Assembly (NCBI RefSeq): GCF_963921235.1
Contig: NC_086108.1
Coordinates: 15,748,001 to 15,812,000 of the forward strand
Reading direction: 5' to 3'
DNA from: Mobula hypostoma
Lineage: Eukaryota
Length of the DNA: 64,000 nt
Positions within the stretch are counted from its first letter, which is position 1. Each line of letters begins with the position of its first letter. Below, piece after piece: positions 61,292-64,000 of the stretch. The translations under genes and the position numbers were made by a program. The notes under the pieces are model-generated. The model was not told where the DNA came from. It ran no database searches and was given only the letters and a program-made list of their open reading frames with translations.

Positions 61292-64000
61292 AAATGTTCC
61301 TTAAATGCATCTATTTTAATGCTAGGAGCATTGTAAGAAAGGTGGATGAGCTTAGAGCATTGATTGACACCTGGAAATATGATGTTGTAGCTATTAGTGA
61401 AACATGGTTGCAGGAGGGGTGTGATTGGCAACTAAATATTCCTGAATTTCATTGCTTCAGGTGTGATAGAATCGGAGGGGCAAGAGGAGGAGGTGTTGCA
61501 TTGCTTGTCAGAGAAAATATTACAGCGGTGCTTTGGCAGGATAGATTAGAGGGCTTGTCTAGGGGGGTTATTTGGGTGGGATTGAGGAATGGGAAAGGTG
61601 TAGTTACACTTATAGGGGTGTATTATAGACCACCTAATGGGGAGTGAGAATTGGAGGAGCAAATTTGTAAGGAGATAACAGATATTTGTAGTAAGCACAA
61701 GGTTGTGATTGTGGGAGATTTTAATTTTCCACACATAGACTGGGAAGCCCATTCTGTAAAAGGGCTGGATAGTTTGGAGTTTGTAAAATGTGTGCAGGAT
61801 AGTTTTTTGCAGCAATACATAGAGGTACCAACTAGAGAAGGGGCAGTGTTGGATCTCCTGTTAGGGAATGAGATAGGTCAGGTGATGGAGGTATGTGTTG
61901 GGGAGCACTTCGGGTCCAGTGATCACAATGCCATTAGATTCAGTATAATTATGGAGAAGGATAGGACTGGACCCAGGGTTGAGATTTTTGATTGGAGAAA
62001 GGCTAACTTTGAGGAGATGCAAAAGGATTTCGAAGGAGTGGATTGGGACAATTTGTTTTATGGGAAGGATATAATAGAGGAATGGAGGTCATTTAAAGGT
62101 GAAATTTGAGGTTACAGAATCTTTATGTTCTTGTTAGGTTGAAAGGAAAGGTTAAAAGTTTGAGAGGGGCATGGTTTTCAAGGGATATTGGAAACTTGGT
62201 TCGGAAAAGGAGAGAGATCTACAATAAATATAGGATGCATGGAGTAAGTAAGGTGCTCGAGGAATATAAAGAATGTAAAAAGAATCTTAAGAAAGAAATT
62301 AGAAAAGCTAAAAGAAGATGAGGTTGCTTTGGCAAGTAAGGTGAAAATAAATCCAAAGGGTTTCTACAATTATATTAATATCAAAAGGATAGTGAGGGAT
62401 AAAATTGGTCCCTTAGAGAATCAGAGTGGACAGCTATGTGTGGAGCCAAAAGAGAATGGGGGAGATTTTGAACAATTTCTTTTCTTCGGTATTCACTAAG
62501 GAGAAGGATATTGAATTGTGTAAGGGAAACAAGTAGGGTAGTTATGGAAACTATGGTGATTAAAGAAGAGGAAGTATTGGCGCTTTTAAGGAATATAAAA
62601 GTGGATAAATCTCTGGGTCCTGACAGGATAGTCCCTAGGACCTCGAGGGAAGTTAGTGTGGAAATAGCAGGGGCTCTGACAGAAATATTTCAAATATCAT
62701 TAGAAACGGGGATGGTGCCGGAGGATTGGCGTATTGCTCACGTGGTTCCATTGTTTAAAAAGGGTTCTAACAGTAAACCTAGTAATTATCAGCCTGTAAG
62801 TTTGACATCAGTGGTGGGTAAATTAATAGAAAGTATTTTTAGAGATGGTATATATAGTTATCTGGATAGACAGGGCCTGATTAGGAACAGTCAACATGGA
62901 TTTGTGCGTAGCAGGTCATGTTTGACAAATCTTATTGAATTTTTTGAAGAGGTTACTAGGAAAATTGACGAGGGTAAAGTGGTGGATGTTGTCTATATGG
63001 ACTTCAGTAAGGCCTTTGACAAGGTTCCACACGGAAGGTTAGTTAGGAAGGTTCAATTGTTAGGCATTAATATCGAAGTAGTAAAATGGATTCAACAGTG
63101 GCTGGATGGGGGATGCCAGAGAGTGGTGGTGGATAACTGCTTGTCAGTTTGGAGGCCGGTGACTAGTGGTGTGCCTCAGAGATCTGTTCTGGGTCCATTG
63201 TTGTTTGTCATATACATTAATGATCTGGATGATGGGGTGGTAAATTGGATAAGTAAGTATGCAGATGATACTAAGATAGGTGGCGTTGTGGATAATGAAG
63301 TAGGTTTCAAAGCTTGCAGAGAGATTTGGGCCAGTTCGCAGAGTGGGCTGAAAGATGGCAGATGGAGTTTAATGCTGATAAGTGTGAGGTGCTACATTTT
63401 GGTAGGACTAATCAAAATAGGACATACATGGTAAATGGTAGGGCAATGAGGAATGCAGTAGAACAGAGGGATCTAGGAATAATGGTGCATAGTTCCCTGA
63501 AGGTGGAATCTCATGTGGATAGGGTGGTGAAGAAAGCTTTTGGTATGCTGGCCTTTATAAATCAGAGCATTGAGTACAGTAGTTGGAATGTAATGTTAAC
63601 ATTGTACAAGGCATTGGTAAGTCCAGATTTGGAGTATTGTGTACAGTTCTGGTCACCGAATTATTGGAAAGATGTCAACAAAATAGAAAGAGTACAGAGG
63701 AGATTTACTAGAATGTTACCTGGGTTTCGGCACCTAAGTTACAGAGAAAGGTTGAACAAGTTAGGTCTTTATTCTTTGGAGCGTAGAAGGTTGAGGGGGG
63801 ACTTGACAGAGGTATTTAAAATTATGAGGGGGATAGATAGAGTTGATGTGGATAGGCTTTTTCCATTGAGAGTAGAGGGGATTCAAACAAGAGGACATGA
63901 GTTGAGAGTTAAAGGGCAAAAGTTTAGGGTAACATGAGGGGGAACTTCTTTACTCATAGAGTGGTAGCCTTGTGGAACGAGCTTCCAGTAGAAGTGGTAG
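61292..64000 (+). mobile_element. CR1 LINE, near-complete disrupted ORF2, running off window
   Basis: [33 protein letters not shown]; stops and frameshifts. Confidence 0.95.

Noticed and set aside
1..64000. CRISPR arrays, tRNA/rRNA genes, or an intron-nested GPCR gene of the GPR52/GPR21 type
   Set aside because: No repeat-spacer array, no intact RNA gene and no long 7-TM ORF visible

Overview
Eukaryotic (vertebrate) genomic DNA. The repeat landscape (dense CR1, Rex/Babar, RTE, Penelope, hAT) suggests a cartilaginous fish, but that is inference. The window is almost entirely intronic sequence of a + strand RABGAP1-family gene, best match RABGAP1L. It holds one clear 129-nt coding exon (60602-60730) and a likely alternative first coding exon (11553-11630) that would splice in frame across a ~49 kb intron to give a short isoform lacking most of the TBC domain. 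That start codon is overlapped by a 5-codon uORF. Most of the rest is transposable elements, many nested with readable target-site duplications (TSDs): CR1 LINEs of several lineages, an RTE split by four insertions (one carrying a nested L1), an internally deleted L1, Tx1- and Rex/Babar-like remnants and hAT MITEs. The most notable signal is a Penelope-like element (RT + GIY-YIG) whose 3' tail carries a minimal type-I hammerhead ribozyme motif. The same tail recurs as short stand-alone insertions, some with inverted segments, four of them inside one CR1 copy. Family calls come from recognising motifs by eye, not from database searches. Boundaries without TSDs are approximate.
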